From: Felis catus
Lineage: Eukaryota
Reading direction: 5' to 3'
DNA length: 64,000 nucleotides
Assembly: GCF_018350175.1 (NCBI RefSeq)
Contig: NC_058383.1
Span: forward strand, 620,001 to 684,000
Shown: positions 1 through 14,100 of the stretch, in pieces
Layout of the letters: the number at the start of each line of letters is the position of its first letter
How positions within the stretch are numbered: position 1 is the first letter of the stretch
Position numbers and translations under genes: made by a program
Notes under the pieces: generated by a model
Seen by the model: only the letters and a program-made list of their open reading frames with translations
What the model was told of the DNA's origin: nothing
Database searches by the model: none

Positions 1-3
1 ACT
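1..3 (-). CDS. PRKAR1B: First 3 nt of PRKAR1B exon 9, truncated by the window edge
   Basis: Minus strand reads gtgacggtccccttgtcgcccactctag|AGT: a branch-like TGAC, a pyrimidine tract and TAG. G|AG T.. completes the expected Glu-Ser of ILES. Only 3 coding nt are visible. Confidence 0.65.
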
Positions 4-2561
4 CTAGAGTGGGCGACAAGGGGACCGTCACTGCGGCCTCGCCCCTGCCCTGCACCCGAGCGCTCGCTCAGCCAAGTGCCGCGGATCGGCAGCGAGGGAC
101 CCGGGGCGCGTCTGTGCGCTCGGAGGGCCTGGGCCTCGCAGCACTAAGTTGGGCCCAGGAGGGGCCCCGGCCAGCGCGCCCGCCGAGCCCTGAGGCCACG
201 ACGCGGTTTAACGCGAGCCTGCTCGGAACCACCACCGGCTGGGAAGACGCTTCGTCACCGCTCAGCTGCGAGGCTCCGCATGGCTCGCCTTCCGTTATTT
301 CAGGTCAACACACTTAATTCCAACTCACGCTTCTCGGCACAGCTTGCAAGTTCCGTGTCCCCTGCCGCCCCTCCCCACACCTCCCCTTCCTGGTCACTGT
401 CCATCCCTAGCCCTCAGGAAGGGAAAAAACACCCAATACGCCCCATGCGCTCCTTCTGTAAGAAAATTAACGACCGCCTGATTAACTATTTCCTTCTCGG
501 CAGAAGAAACCTCCTCGGCCTAGACTCCTCAGATGCTGCTTAAGTGGGTCAGCGGCTAAAAATACAAAGCAAAGCATTTATTTTAGAACTAGGTTAGGAG
601 CGGGATTTCTCCACTTTAAGACGCCTGCCAGTGCTTCTCGTAGCAAAGGACCGGCTTTCGGGGAGCCGTCAGTGCACGCGCCCCATCGGCCCGCCTGGAA
701 AGGTCTGCAAGGCCGGCGGGGCCGCTGGGGACTCAGAAGCCGGGCGTTCCCACGCAGCCCCGCACATCCACCGCCGGGGACCGAACAGAGCAGCGGCCTC
801 AGGAGCGGCACGAGGGGTGCTCGTCGGAGGTGGGCGCGGGCGGGCCGGCCGGCCGGCCAACGCGGAGGTCTTGCCCGTGGGTTCCGAGCGAGAGCCACGA
901 GTCACGCTGCTGGGGGGACACGTGTCCCCGCGTGTCTCTTCAGCAGGTTCCTTGTTACACCTGAAAGGTGACGCTCCAAGGCCTGAACGTCGACTCGCGA
1001 AGCTGCGTCCCGTCAGAAGACGCCAGGAGACGGCGGTTTCTGGGCCCCGATTACTGAACGGTCTCTTCTCTGAGGCAACTCAGGAAACAAGCCCCGGGAG
1101 TGGTTCTTCTGCTGTGCACAGCCCGACCCTCCAGGCAGCACGGTCCCTTTCCCGAGTGGGACGGTCAACATTGCACCCGCACAGAATGCAAACGGAGGCA
1201 GGCGTCCCTCCGCTGTCACAGACGTCCTGCAGCCGGAGCCCGAGAGCCAGCAGGCGTGTGGCCTGCAAGCAGGACATGGGGAGGCCGCGGTGGCTTCTGC
1301 GCTCACACCCCCCGGGGTTCTGCCACGTTCAGTGCCCCCCAGCGGCCGACTCCTATGTCCGTGCACAGAAACCAGAACCCCCGGGCCCCGGGCGCACCGT
1401 GGCCGCCACGCTCCTTCCTGCCGGGGGCAGGCTGCCCAGACCAAGGCCCTCCCGCCTTCCAATGCCGGAGGGCTCCGTGCAGCTGGGTGACTGAGGGCCA
1501 AGGGGTCAGTCTTGGGGTCGCTCTGCCCGACGGCCACGGAGAAGCGCTAGCTGGCAGTGGGTTCATCGGAGGGAACAAAGCTTCCGCGTGCGGCTGAGCA
1601 GAGCACTGAGCGCGCCTGGCACACAGGAAGAGCAGGAGGGATCGGAAGGCGACCGGGGCGCTTGGGCTCCGAGGGAACGGGAGATGGTGAGGGACCAGGG
1701 GGCCCCAGGCCCGGGGATTTCTCGTGGGGCTAAAACAGCCCTGCTCCCAGCCTCCGTGAGACCCCGAGGACCCGCCCACGAGGCTGCCGAGTCTCGCGTC
1801 GCCGAGTGTGACACTGACCCATCAGCACAGCACCCCTTCGCATGACGCGCCCAGACCAGGCACCTGCAGAGACGGGCTCGTGGGCACAGGGCCTCCCCCG
1901 GGGGCGACAAGAAGGTTCTGGAACCAGGGAGTGGGGGTGGGGGCACAACCCTGAGTGCAGACGCCCCGAAGGGAAAAACTCTGGGACAGCGGATGCACTT
2001 CTACCACAGGAGCACGAGGAAAACGAGACCCTTCTCTGTTCGTTTCGCGGGACCTCAGAGGGTGTGGGGTCGCGCCGTGGCAGGCGCCCCAACCCCGGGG
2101 TCAGACGTCCTGCGGCGCCCCCCCGGGCAGGCCTGCTTGATTGTTTTTGGTTAAGTTACTCAGATTCGCTACAAATAACTCAAGAAACGGAACGAAGCGT
2201 AAAGAATGTGAAAAAGTGACGAATGCCACCCTACGTCACATCGCCTGGCTGAGTGCCTCTCCAGTCGTAGATCCAGACGGGAGGGTGGACAAAAGACGGT
2301 CAAGGATGCTTTTACAAACATGACCACCAGGCGCTTCCAACGTAAAGTCTTAAAGTTTACTCTGCCTGAATTTAACACCAGGCAAAGAAACCAAGAGTCT
2401 CTCTGTCTCTGTCTCTTTCGAGGTAAGATACTTTCTTCTCCAAAACATTCCCCTAAAAGAGACCACGAAAAACACTGACTCAGTGGTCAGGTTTCACACA
2501 CGTTGATGCAGATGGAACGCCCACTTCTTGGGTCCAAAGGGGTAGAAAACAGGCCATTTCA

Positions 2562-2770
2562 ATTTTTCTTAATGTTTATTCATTTTTGAGACAGAGACAG
2601 AGCACAAGCAGGGGAGGGTCAGAGAGAGAGGAAGACACAGAATCTGAAACAGGCTCCAGGCTCTGAGCTGTCAGCACAGAGCCCGACGCAGGGCTCGAAC
2701 TCACGGACCGCGAGATCATGACCTGAGCTGAAGTCGGATGCTTAACCGACTGAGCCATGCAGGCGCCCCA
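2562..2770 (-). mobile_element. Feliform Can-SINE (SINEC_Fc-like)
   Basis: Reverse complement of ggggcgcctg...gctcagtcggttaagc head, (CT)n and A-tail. TSD aaaac(a/g)ggccatttca at 2546-2561 and 2771-2786. Confidence 0.93.
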
Positions 2771-4289
2771 AAAACGGGCCATTTCATGTGGGTTGACTTG
2801 ACACCCTGAACTGCAGGCAGGCTCCGTGTCGCGGGAACAGGTGGCCCCGTCTGGCCTCCCCCCCGTGTTGGTTTTCGCTCCCCGGTGTGGGCTGAGAAGG
2901 AGTGGACACACCCATCCCATCCAGGGTCTTCTGAGCCTGCCTCCGGGGCGCTGGCCCTCCTGCTCTGGGCGCCTGGGGCCTGGCGGGGGCTGCCTCGCGC
3001 CCTGCCTCGATCGATCGAATGCCTCCGTGTGGCTCTGCCCTTCCTCCGCTCGCAGCAGCCACACCCCCGGGCGCTCTCCTGGGCTCGGTGACGTGCCCTC
3101 CCCGGGGACCTGCTCCGCGCTCGATCTCGTCCATCCGTCATTTGGAAAAAAAGTTATCGAGACAGTAGCGCACATGACGTAACCCAGCAACATCCGTCCT
3201 GCGCAAAATCACGTGAAGGTTTTGTCACGATTGCTTCAGATCCGTTTGTTAAGGTTTTAAAATTTTTAGTTTGTTATTAGTGAAGCGTGGTTGACCGGAG
3301 CATCACTGATAAAACGCCGGTGCCCTGCGCAGGGCGCCCAACCTGACTTCCGCCTCCCTCCCCGCGGCTACGACGTCCCAGGACCCGGCAAGATGGCTTC
3401 GCAGGCCCTGCTGAGCCGGGACCGCCTGCTGCTCTCTGCCTGCCCGCAGCTCTGGTCACTCGCTTGACTGCCCTCCACCCCAGAGGACGCGGCAGGCCTC
3501 ACGCCGTCTCCACCGCCTGGATGCCGAACACCGCGGTCTCTCTCTGCGCCCTCTCGAGAGACTCCCGAAAGCCGTAGGGCGGGGGTGGGGGCACCGCTGT
3601 GCCTGCTCCTCCCGCGACCCTGCGGACCTCCGAGGCTTGGCCGGAACGCGTCTCTCCAGCTCTTCCCTCTTCGGGCCGCTGCTCTCTGGGCGGACGTGTG
3701 TCCTAGACGAACCCTGTCCTGGATTTGATTTCGGTTTCTGTGGCCGTGCTCTCTTCCTAACTGGGTTCCTTCCGTGTGTGGCTGGCTCTCGGCTTTTCTT
3801 GGTACTTCCGGCACCTATCCCAGTCCCAGTCTGTTCGGCCGCGGTGGCCTTTCCCCGACGCGTCCACGCTTGGTGCAGGGGGTGCGGGTGGGGCTTCCTC
3901 CTGACCTGCCCCCCAGTCCTCCGCTGGAAGGGCAGGCGGCGGGCACCCCCACCCTTGTCTCTGCAGCCTGGACAGCGGGCCCCGGGCAGAGGGGAGCCCA
4001 GCTGGGAGCCAGGGCTGCTCCGGTGCCGGGTCAGCCCGGCGTCCCTACGGGCTCACGCCGCGCAGGGAGGGGAGCGCCCCGATCCTGTAACCTCATCCTC
4101 GAGCCTCAGCCCCAGTGCCGGACTCACACGCAGTGGGTTTTGTTTGCTTCTTTTCCTTCCTTGCCCCAGCACGCTCTTCCCCATCCTCACCCAGAAGGCC
4201 ATGAGGACTGCTGCTGAACAGTGGTTTCCAGAGGTTCCCGGAGGCTCGGCACTCAGCTGTCCCTCGCCCTCCCAAGCGGGGCCCCGCCC

Positions 4290-4430
4290 GTGGGCTAGCG
4301 CTGCCCTGCGTACTTGCATTTCAATTGATTAAAATGGGACAAAATTAAAATTCGGTTCCTCGGACACACCAGCCACAGGTCAAGTGCTCAACGCGGAAAG
4401 GACCGTCACCACGGCTGAAGGTTCTCCGTC
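4290..4430. mobile_element. MER3-like hAT-Charlie MITE relic
   Basis: aaaattaaaattcggttcctcggacacaccagccacaggtcaagtgctcaa resembles the recalled MER3 core. Confidence 0.6.
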
Positions 4431-4829
4431 ACGGGATCGGCCGGCTACAAACGGTGGCCCCTGTGTATGTCACAGCTACTCCAAAACACTGAAGACTCTT
4501 GCTGGTGAGAGTTCTGTTGACAGTGTTGGAAATCGACTGAAATGCAGCCAACGTGTTTATCAGACCACAGGGCGAGAAAGGGCAGTGACTGCACCAGGGG
4601 AAACCCGCTTGGGAAAAAAAAACAAATCAGGCCCGAGAATGCTCGACACCGGGGACCACGTTTACTAGAACACGAAATGGGTCTCGAAACTGACGGATAC
4701 GGAGGAAGGGCTGGCGGGACACCGAAAGCAGAGGGACGGACAGGCAGAGCACGTGGGACGAGGGCACAGACGGCCCAGGAGAGGATGACCGCGCCCGGCG
4801 GATCAGACACAGAGCTCTCGGTGCACGGG

Positions 4830-5040
4830 GACAGACACACGCACGTGCACGTGTGAGTGTGGCTGTGTGTGCACACGTGTGTGAACGTGCCTGTGTGAGT
4901 ATATGCACATGCACGTGTGCAACTGTACCTCGTGGGTGCATACGCGTGTGAGCGTGCGTGCGAGCATGCCCGCGTGGGTGCATACGTGTGAGCCATGCCT
5001 GTGAGGGTTCACACGTATGCCTGTCCCAAACCCACACGTC
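4830..5040. repeat. Degenerate alternating purine-pyrimidine (GT/CA/GC) tract
   Basis: gcacgtgcacgtgtgagtgtggctgtgtgtgcacacgtgtgtg..., about 130 bp downstream of the exon 8 donor. Confidence 0.75.
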
Positions 5041-5166
5041 ACCCAGAGGGCTGAACCTTCCAGGCACACAGGGAACATGGAAATGGCTGGACCCAGCAGG
5101 CAGGACTCAGATGAGACCGGAGGAAGCTACCGGCACAGGCTCGCGCACGGCGTGGGGGCCACTGAC

Positions 5167-5227
5167 CCAGGATGGAGACCTTGCTGAGAAACTCCTCGTA
5201 CATCTTGCGTTTTCTCAGGGTGCTGCC
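5167..5227 (-). CDS. PRKAR1B: PRKAR1B coding exon 8 (61 nt): GSTLRKRKMYEEFLSKVSIL(E)
   Basis: Acceptor cttctcctttctctggaacag|GGC AGC; donor CTGG|gtcagt; peptide is visible inside ORF 5039..5524. Confidence 0.97.
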
Positions 5228-5582
5228 CTGTTCCAGAGAAAGGAGAAGACAGAAAAGAAGATGGGTCTTTGTGCCTGAATCATGTTGACATTTCCAAATT
5301 TCCCCAAATGACTCTGAACTCTTAAAAGGAAACCCTTTGACCATTCCATGTCCCGCAAGCCCCTCAAAGACCCCAGCCGGCACCTCCTCCAGGCAGCTGC
5401 GCCTCCCCTGGCCGCTGACAGTGACCTCATCCAGCCCGGGCCAGTGACTGGTCCACACGACGAGCACCCAGCCAACCAGAATCCTGCACTGGGGTTTCCA
5501 CGTGCTCAAGGCAGATGTCCCCAAGGCGGGATTGCAAGGGTACTGTCTGAGCCGGGCTCACCGCACCCCCACCCTTCCCCCC

Positions 5583-5583
<1 letters not shown>

Positions 5584-5627
<44 letters not shown>
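5584..5627. repeat. (AC)22 microsatellite
   Basis: Perfect dinucleotide run. Confidence 0.97.
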
Positions 5628-5629
<2 letters not shown>

Positions 5630-6274
5630 GGAGAGGCTCTGGGGCTGGGGGCTGGCGGCAGCACTGAGTGTATGATACGCTAAGGGAGGGAGTAGCCGAC
5701 ATGGGTCAAGTCCCCGGGCTGGTTGTGCCTGAACCTGGGGCCTGGTGAGAAGGGCCAATGAGTTGCTTCTTTCCTAACCAAGTGCTGGCTGAATAAGATA
5801 AAACCAGCAGGCAGGGCCCTGTCAACCTCCGCGTGAATTAGAAATGAAAATCCACTCCAAAAAGTAGAACCTGAACGCGAATTGGAAAAGGGCACCCGCT
5901 TCCTCAAGCACACATCCCAAGTGAAGGAGGCGGCGGCCCAGCCTTCCAGCAGCCAGCACCAGCCCGGCAGGTAGAGAGCAGTCTGGACTTTATCCCTTGG
6001 CCTGCTGCCCACGGCCTTTGCACAGTGTACGCACTCCACAACTGGACATGGCTGCGCCACCACTAAGTCCTGTTAAGCACTGCACATTCAGAAAACGGGG
6101 ACATGCTCTCCACCAGCAGAGCAGCAAGCCTGGTCTGGTTAAATTCAAACGGCCTCATCCATCACCTGGGACGCGGAAAGGATGGGTCGACCACAGACCC
6201 GACACCTGGTATGGAGAGAGGAGGGAGGAGGACAGCGACGGTGAGAATGTGCCCGAACCCAAAACGCTCAGGCC

Positions 6275-6400
6275 CACCTCAACCTCACGAGAGTCCCGTG
6301 AGACAAGGGCACGGTTACCCTCATCCCCAGACGAGGAAGCAGGCTCGAGGGGCAAGCAAATGCCTAGACTGGGATCACAGGAGCAGGAATGAAACCCGGG
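6275..6400 (-). mobile_element. MIR relic
   Basis: aacctcacgagagtcccgtgag...ccccagacgaggaagcaggctcgagggg resembles the reverse MIR core. Confidence 0.5.
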
Positions 6401-9400
6401 CTGGGTCCTACACATCCCACAGCTTGGTGACGATGGTGGTGGTGATGGTGATGGTGGGGTGGACAGTGACGATGGCGGGGGGAGCAGTGATGACCTTTGC
6501 CAAGTACGGAGGTGGAGGGTGGAGGGCTGATGGGGCGGTTCCGGAGAGTCCCGTTCCACATCCACATCACCCGTAACCTCCCATGCTCTTAGACCAGTCT
6601 CACCTCCTCGGGGCCTCAGTTTCCCCAACAGGAGACACGTTCTCCGTGTCTTCGACCTGGGCTTCTCCCTACCTTCCTCCAAACTGCCCACATCCTCACC
6701 TCAGCCCAGAAGGCTCCTCGTCTGCTTCCCACTGAGATGCAGAGGGAGAGCCATCAGCCCGAGAATGACCCCTACCGCCCCGCCCCACCATCAGAGATGG
6801 GGCTGGAACCTCTGCAAACAGGCCCTCGCAGCTGCCCAGACGCCTGATCTGGGAAGAGGTGAGCTCAGCTCAGACATCCCCAGTGCTGCTAAGACCAGCG
6901 CTTCGAAGGATCAGCTCTCTCCGTGACCCTGGGGTCGCCACCAGTCTCCACTCTACAGGGAGGTGTGCAGGTCAGGGAGAGGTCGTAACCCGCTTGTGGC
7001 CACTAAGAGGCATGGTCGGGGTCAAAGCAGGACGTCGATGTACACTTGGTGTTCATGCCACAGAGATGGAGACATGCTGGGCATCCTCCCCCTGCAGAGG
7101 GCACCCACTGCGTGCGGTCCTGGACCGCGGTACTCTGGGCATCACCCCTCCCCTGAAGCGCCAGGCCGCCCGGTGGCTGAGCAGAGCCGGGACCATCCAG
7201 CCCTCAGCCTCCGAATTCAGGGGGTCACCACTACACCCACAGCCTCCTGAGGCTCAACCCAAAGAAATGCTGAGAACGTTCTAGAGCATAAGGTCGTTTT
7301 CGGACAGGCCCTCTTCAGGTAGGGGTGGGGGGTACTCAGTGCCCACAGAAAGGGCTGGAAACTGGGGGACCGGTGGCCCTCCCCCCGCAGGGCCTGACAT
7401 CTGAAGACAGAGGCAGCCCAGGCTGACACCAGGAGAGCCTGTCCCCAGCGCACAGAGTGCGCTCAGGAGCCGTGGGTAAGTACAGAGCTCTGCCACCGCC
7501 TGGTCGGTGCACTGGAGGCCCGGCCTTACCATTCTGCAGTGAGACCTCACGGTGCCTGACACAGGGCACAGGGACCGATGGCAGGCGAGGGCAGCGTTGG
7601 GAGGCCGCTCCAAGAGGCCAGCACAGGGAGTCCACTGGGGCGGACACCCCTTGTCTCGTGGCCACACAGACACGGGACGCATAGGAGAAGGTGGGAGACT
7701 TGGGCGAGCCAGGATGGGAAGGGCGGTGCTGAGCGTGGGAGGCGCTGGGGGCGGGGGGCGGGGCAGGCCCCAGGCAGGCCTACGGAGGCTGCGGTGTGTA
7801 CCTTTCCCCAGCTCAGGGCGTCCAGGACTTGGGAGCTGCACGCACACGTGACACAGGAGGGGCGTCCGGACAGCCCTGGGTCTGATCGCCACCCCCCGAC
7901 TAGGCGTGCGGGCAAACATTCCCACTTCCGGCCTGTTTCCTCGGCTGCACAAGTCCCGCCCCAGAGGGTCCCGTGAAGGTTACGGGAGCCCAGGCCTCCC
8001 CAGCACCACAGAGGCTACAAGTCCCGAGTTCAGAATCCACACAGAGGCCCACGGTCATCCCCGGGGCCCTCCATCCGGCCAGGCCCCAACAGGGCCAGGG
8101 GACCCAGCCAGCCGTCCACCTCCCTGCCAGACGACACAGCATTGAAGGGGCTTCTGCCGGGCCGTGGCTGGTGGCCAAGGCGAGGACGCAGAGCCAGGCG
8201 GCCCATGGCAGAGCCCTGGGCGTTTCCAACACCGTGGCCGCCATTGTGGCCGGTGTGGATGCTCAGCCCGGGCCACCTGACGTCCTCGCCGGCCTCGCTG
8301 TGGAAAACACATTTCTTCTGAAAAACCACCAATGGTTCCCACAGCCCTCCCAGCAAGGATGCCACCCAGTGGAAGACAGGCCCGACTCTGCCCAGGGACC
8401 TCGGACACTAAAGGCCAGCGTAGCTGGGTCCAGCCGTCTCCTGCTGCAGGACAGCTCACGGGAGGAGACTGGCCGCAGTGGCCAACCGAGGTGCCCCCCG
8501 CCTTGGGGTGGCTTCCCGCTGTGATGGAGACTTTGGGTGAGGGTGGGTGGGAGCCCCGGGGCCTGTTCACAGCTGAGTGGGAGGCAGCTCTGAGAGTCTG
8601 CAGCACCCCTCGGTACAGGAGAGGCTGGCGTGGGACTCCGCTTCCCGGGTGCATGGTGGCCCAAGGAGATTCTCCGCGTTCTCCACGCAGGGGGAGCAGC
8701 CGGCAGACCAGGACGTCCCCTCGCTGCAGATGGGGGGACAGAGCCTGGCCCTGCTCAGTGGTGGTGGCCGGGCAGGCTGGCCTCGCCGAGCTCTGTCCGT
8801 GCCTCCGCACCACACGGAGCAGCAGAGGGAAGGGAAGGGACGTTCACGGGAACTTTCCAGATCAGACGTCCTGAATCCCTGGGGACACGACTGGCACCCT
8901 CCACCATCCCCGCCCCCCCCCCCCCCCGCTCCCCATGGCGTGTCCCAGCTCAGCGCTAAGTGGATGCACGATGGCGGGGCCACTCTGCATGATGGGTGCC
9001 TCCAAATCTGTCCAGACCCAGGACGGACGCTAAAACGGATGCCCTCCGGCAGGACACTCCCTTCCGAGGCGGCCGGCACTTGCCATGTTCCTTCCCCAGA
9101 CTCGGAGGCTCTGCGGACTCACGGCACAGCTGTGGCTATTCTTAGCACACGGGGCTTCAGAATGAAGACAGAGGAAGCGCCAGCTGCCTGGGTGGTTTGG
9201 GAACTTCCCTGAATACAAGGTTCCAGCCACAAAAATCCCACAGCCCAGAAAGACTCAGCACCGACGACGGCGAGAAACAGCGGCTTATGCAACACGGGCC
9301 AGGTGTGTGCGGAGGGGCAGAGGCTTCTGGGTCCGCTCCCAAACCTACCCGGGCCGGGAGGGGGCGGGGTGGGGGGGGGGTCAGGGCACCCCCTCCCCCA

Positions 9401-10781
9401 CCGGGCAGCCGGCCTCTCCCCGGAAAACAGGCGCCGGCAGGTGGAGGACCAGAGCAGAGAGCACGGGCTGGGCTCCGGGACGCAGGGATGTGCAGCTTTC
9501 TCCCAGCGTATCCGGGGCTCTACATCTCCCGTACACGGTGGGCGCTCCGTCGATGCTTGCTGAGTGCACGGAGGGCGCTTCCTCACACGCACGGAGCCCG
9601 ATCAGACCACGACCCCCCCGACGGCACTGAACCCTCCCCACGTCATGCAGACCCGGTGTTACAGCGGGACCAGGACGGGTCGGGGGCGCGGGTGTTCCCA
9701 GGATGAGGGGCAGTCTGGGCCGGGCCCTAACCCCAGGCTCCCATCTGACTGAGGCCTGGGGCTTCTCGAAACTGCCTGTGGATTGAACCCAGGCCTCCCC
9801 CAGAGCGTCCCCAGGTCACAGCCCCCACCCCACGCCATCACCAGAAGCTGCACCGTCCCCAGGGACACAGCCTAGCCCTGCAGGGCACGTGGGGGACACC
9901 AAAGGTCTCCAGGCTGGGGGCTGGTCTCCCTCACCCTCCCAGGGTCACGATGTTTCCATGCCCCCCAGGACGGCCCCCCGTCCATTGTGGAAGCCGCTCT
10001 GGGGGCCCCCTGCACACTCGGGTGGGAGCTGAGGGCTCTGTGGGGGTGGTGAGCCCACGGACTGCATCGCCCACGGGACCCCTGCGTCCCCATCCACGGT
10101 GGTAACCCCGCTGCTCCCTCTGTCCACGCAAGCCCGGACACTCCTCTCCTGGACACGCTGGTTCCTGCTCAGATACATCTGCTCAAACGCCACCTCATCA
10201 CGGGAGGGGGGCTTGGGGCCTTTCTAGAAAACAGCAGCCCCTCCGCGCCTCCCAGTCACCTCCACCCTGTTCTCAGCTTTATCTTTCTCCAAGGAACTGT
10301 CATCACCTGAGGTGCGTGTTTGTCCCCTGACTCCCCCACTAGCACGAGGGAAGCTTCCCAAGGCCGGGTGCGGCACCCGTGGTATTCCCAGGTGGGTCCC
10401 AGCACCACGAACATGTGTGCAGGACGGGCACTGAGTGGGCACAGGCAGGGCCTCCCCAGCTCCCAGATCACCTCTGGGAGCCCCCTGTGCATCTGCCATG
10501 CCCCTGATGGTACAACAGGGGACCCGTGCCCACCCTGCACCAGCCAAGAGTGGATGTGGCTACACATGAGAGAGAGAGGCAAAAACGCCTGAGGGTTGAT
10601 CCCTGCGTGAGGATGTCTGCGGCCAATCAGTCTGGTCCCGCTGTGCCGGGGCCACCACAGAGCCAGGCCCCTGGATCTCTTTGCTCTACCCCCTTGGTGA
10701 ATGGGTTTCTAGTCTCAGTCACCTCGTGATCCAGGGTGGCAGCGAGAGCTCCAGCCATCACGACCCCATTCCAAACAGCTA

Positions 10782-11141
<360 letters not shown>

Positions 11142-14100
11142 TCAGAGATGTCCCAGGGGACACGTGGGGTCACGCCAGCGCGTCCCACACCGGGAGCCCT
11201 CCTGCACGCCCACCAGAGGGGACCCGGCAAGGACCTCGCCTGCCCGGGCATGGCCTGGACCTCTGACAGCTTTGCTGCCCGTCGCACCCCCGGCCCCGCA
11301 CAGAGCCCTGGCTGGGCGGGGGCGATGGCACCTTCTGAGTCCTGGCCCCAGTTGTCGGCGAGACGGGCCGGAGATGAAGGGGAAAGTACCGCCCAGGGCT
11401 CCTGGTCCGAGCAGAGCCCTGCCTGCGTCCCTGGCCGGCCTTCGATTCGGTTCCTCATCCGCCTTAGGTGGGCCTTGGGGCCTATCTCCCCAGCCGCACA
11501 CTCAGGGCTTCCTCAGGGCGCCCCTGCGGATGCCCTCCGGGTCTCTGCCCGGCGCCCCCACCTCCAACCAGCATGCGGGCCGGCCTGGCCCGGAAGGAGC
11601 CATGTTGGCAGGGCCTGCCCTGCCCGGGACAGCACCAGGCTCCCTGGGCCTGCGGTCAGTGGAGACGCTGCTGGGGCACCGACGAGACGAGGCTGTGCTG
11701 AGAAGGGCCCTTTCAGCCCGCGTGCGTACTCGGCACAGTGCTCCCACTATGACCGACCCTGCACGTTCCGGACCGCACAAGAATGGTGAGATTGTCCATT
11801 ATGTGGTGCCGATCTGGTTCCTATAAACTGACACAACACAGGCATTATCCCCCAGCGTGTCAATGAGCTTTAAGAACAGCTCCCATTGGCAAAATGGGTG
11901 CACGTCGGGAAAGAATGGATTGCGGTGAATCACGGGCGTGATTCTTGCCGGAATCAACGACTCATTATCTGCCCTACGACTGACACACAGAAGCGCGTGT
12001 CTGCAAGGAGACGCCATGCAGGTGAGAACCCTGCGTTCCGTGCGAGCGAGGGCCAGGGGAGACCCGGCCGACCAAGAGGGGTGGGCGTGGCCCGAGGCCC
12101 AGTGAGGCCCAGGAGCAGGGGCTCGGCACTCGCTTCCCGCAGGGAAGTCTGGGCAGCGGGGCCCCTGGGGGAAGAGACGCCAGGGTCCACACAACGAGGC
12201 CCTCGAGGAACGAGAACAGTGTCCCGTCCTTCCCACGAGGCAGGGAACAGGCCGCCTTGCTCTGCCACGGACGTGCAGGGATGCAGGAGTTTTCAGGGTG
12301 CAGGGACATCCTCCAGAACGTGCACCCCTGGTTTTCTCAAAGGGGACCCGGGGCCCATGGAGAGGGGGCAGTGACCACTTATCGGTGTTCCCGGTGACCC
12401 AGGCACAGCCGGGCCAGCCCTCCCCGCACTGGGCTTCCTTGCGGTGAAGTCCTGGCCACGGAGGCGTGACTCCCCCAGCAGCCACGTGCATGGACCCCAG
12501 CTGCATAGCTCCAGGACGCCCCAGACGTCCCCAGGTCCCCTCCAGCAACCACGGCCCCTCGGGAAGCAATCGGGAGCACGTGCCTCTGCCCTCGCCGTGC
12601 GCTACGGGGCCCAGCTGGCTGCTCGGCACTGCCGTGGAGCGGGCACCCGTCCTGCAGGACACAGATGGTTCCTGTGACTCCTCCAGGGGGAATGTCGGGC
12701 TCGGGTCGTGGGTCGGAGGTCGGGAGATTTTGCTGACAGTCTGAGGAGGTGGGTGGGCCTGTCTCTTGTGCCTTAGAGGGCACAGAAGCCACCTGCCTCC
12801 ATCGGCTGCCGGCAGGGCCAGCCCGCCCAACAGACAAAAGAGCACAGGGACCCAGGGGACAGAGAATGGGGCTCAGCAGAGCCATCCAGGCGTCCCTGGA
12901 CCCCGGTTTCCTGAGGCACATCCCCAAAGGCAGGGCAGGACTAAGGGGACCCCATTCCCTGCCCAGAGCCCAGGCCTGGGAGAGCTCCCTGTGAGACGTC
13001 AGAGAAAACCATTGTGCGGAGCCACAGAGGGCCCAGGACCACACTGCAGGCCGGCCACAGAGCACAAAGAGGCCATCCTTCTCAGGACACTGGCCTCTGT
13101 CACGGCGACCGGCACAGCGCCGGGCCCCACCCCAGCTGGCACGCCAACGGGCTACTTCTTGCTTTGTTTCACTTTTTGTTTCTTTTTCTTTTAGAAGAAA
13201 AATGGTGGGAGGCCCCACTGGGCTGCACGCACGGTCCCACCACTGACAGTGCCTTCTCCAGCTGAACCCGGAGCCCCCACCCGGCCGTGTGTCCACCACC
13301 CCGGTGTGGACTGAGCGCCCCTCTGTGCCCTGCGCGTTCTAACTGCTGGCGGTCAGCAGGGGAAGGCAGCGGGTTCCTGTCCACAGGACTCACCCACCAG
13401 CCGGGAGAAAGGCTGCAGGCAAATAATCACACAAACGCACATTCGTCGTGACACGTGCTCCGGGCGTGAAGAGAGCGTTCAGAACGACCATGGCAGTGAC
13501 CGTCTGCAGAGAGCTCTCTGTGAAGGGGAAGTTGAGCCAGGCCTGAGCGTCCGGCTCAACGAGCAAAGACGTGGGAGAAGGGCGGCTGAACCCAAGGACA
13601 GGACGTACAAAGTCCCTGGGGCCACAAAGGAATGGACACTAGATGCGGCATGACCAAGCGGGGACAGACGCCACGGGGGCAGGAGCAGGGGGTCAGGGAG
13701 GGAAGGGCTGCAGTGTTGTTCTAGAAGCAAAAGGCAGCCACGGAAGGTTCCGGAACCTCATCTGGTTTACACTGTGACACTCCCTCTGCTGGGGAGTGGA
13801 GAACAGTGTGGGGCTGCCCGAGGGGAGACGGGGGGGGGTGGGGAGGTCACTCAACAGGTGGCTGTGACGTGGCCCAAGCTGGACCGCCTGCTTCCGCTCC
13901 ACGGAGGGGTACAGACGGCGATCTGACGGGGCGCGCGGGGGGGCACAGGGTCCTGCTCACGAGAGCCCAGGGCAGGGGCGCCCGTGCGTGGAGGGGAGGG
14001 AGCATCGCCCGCCTGGCCATGCCCCCCGCCTCGCCCTGCCCCCCGCCCTCCCGACCCAGGCATCACGGTGCAACGCTCTACCGCCCAGAGAGCAGAAACC

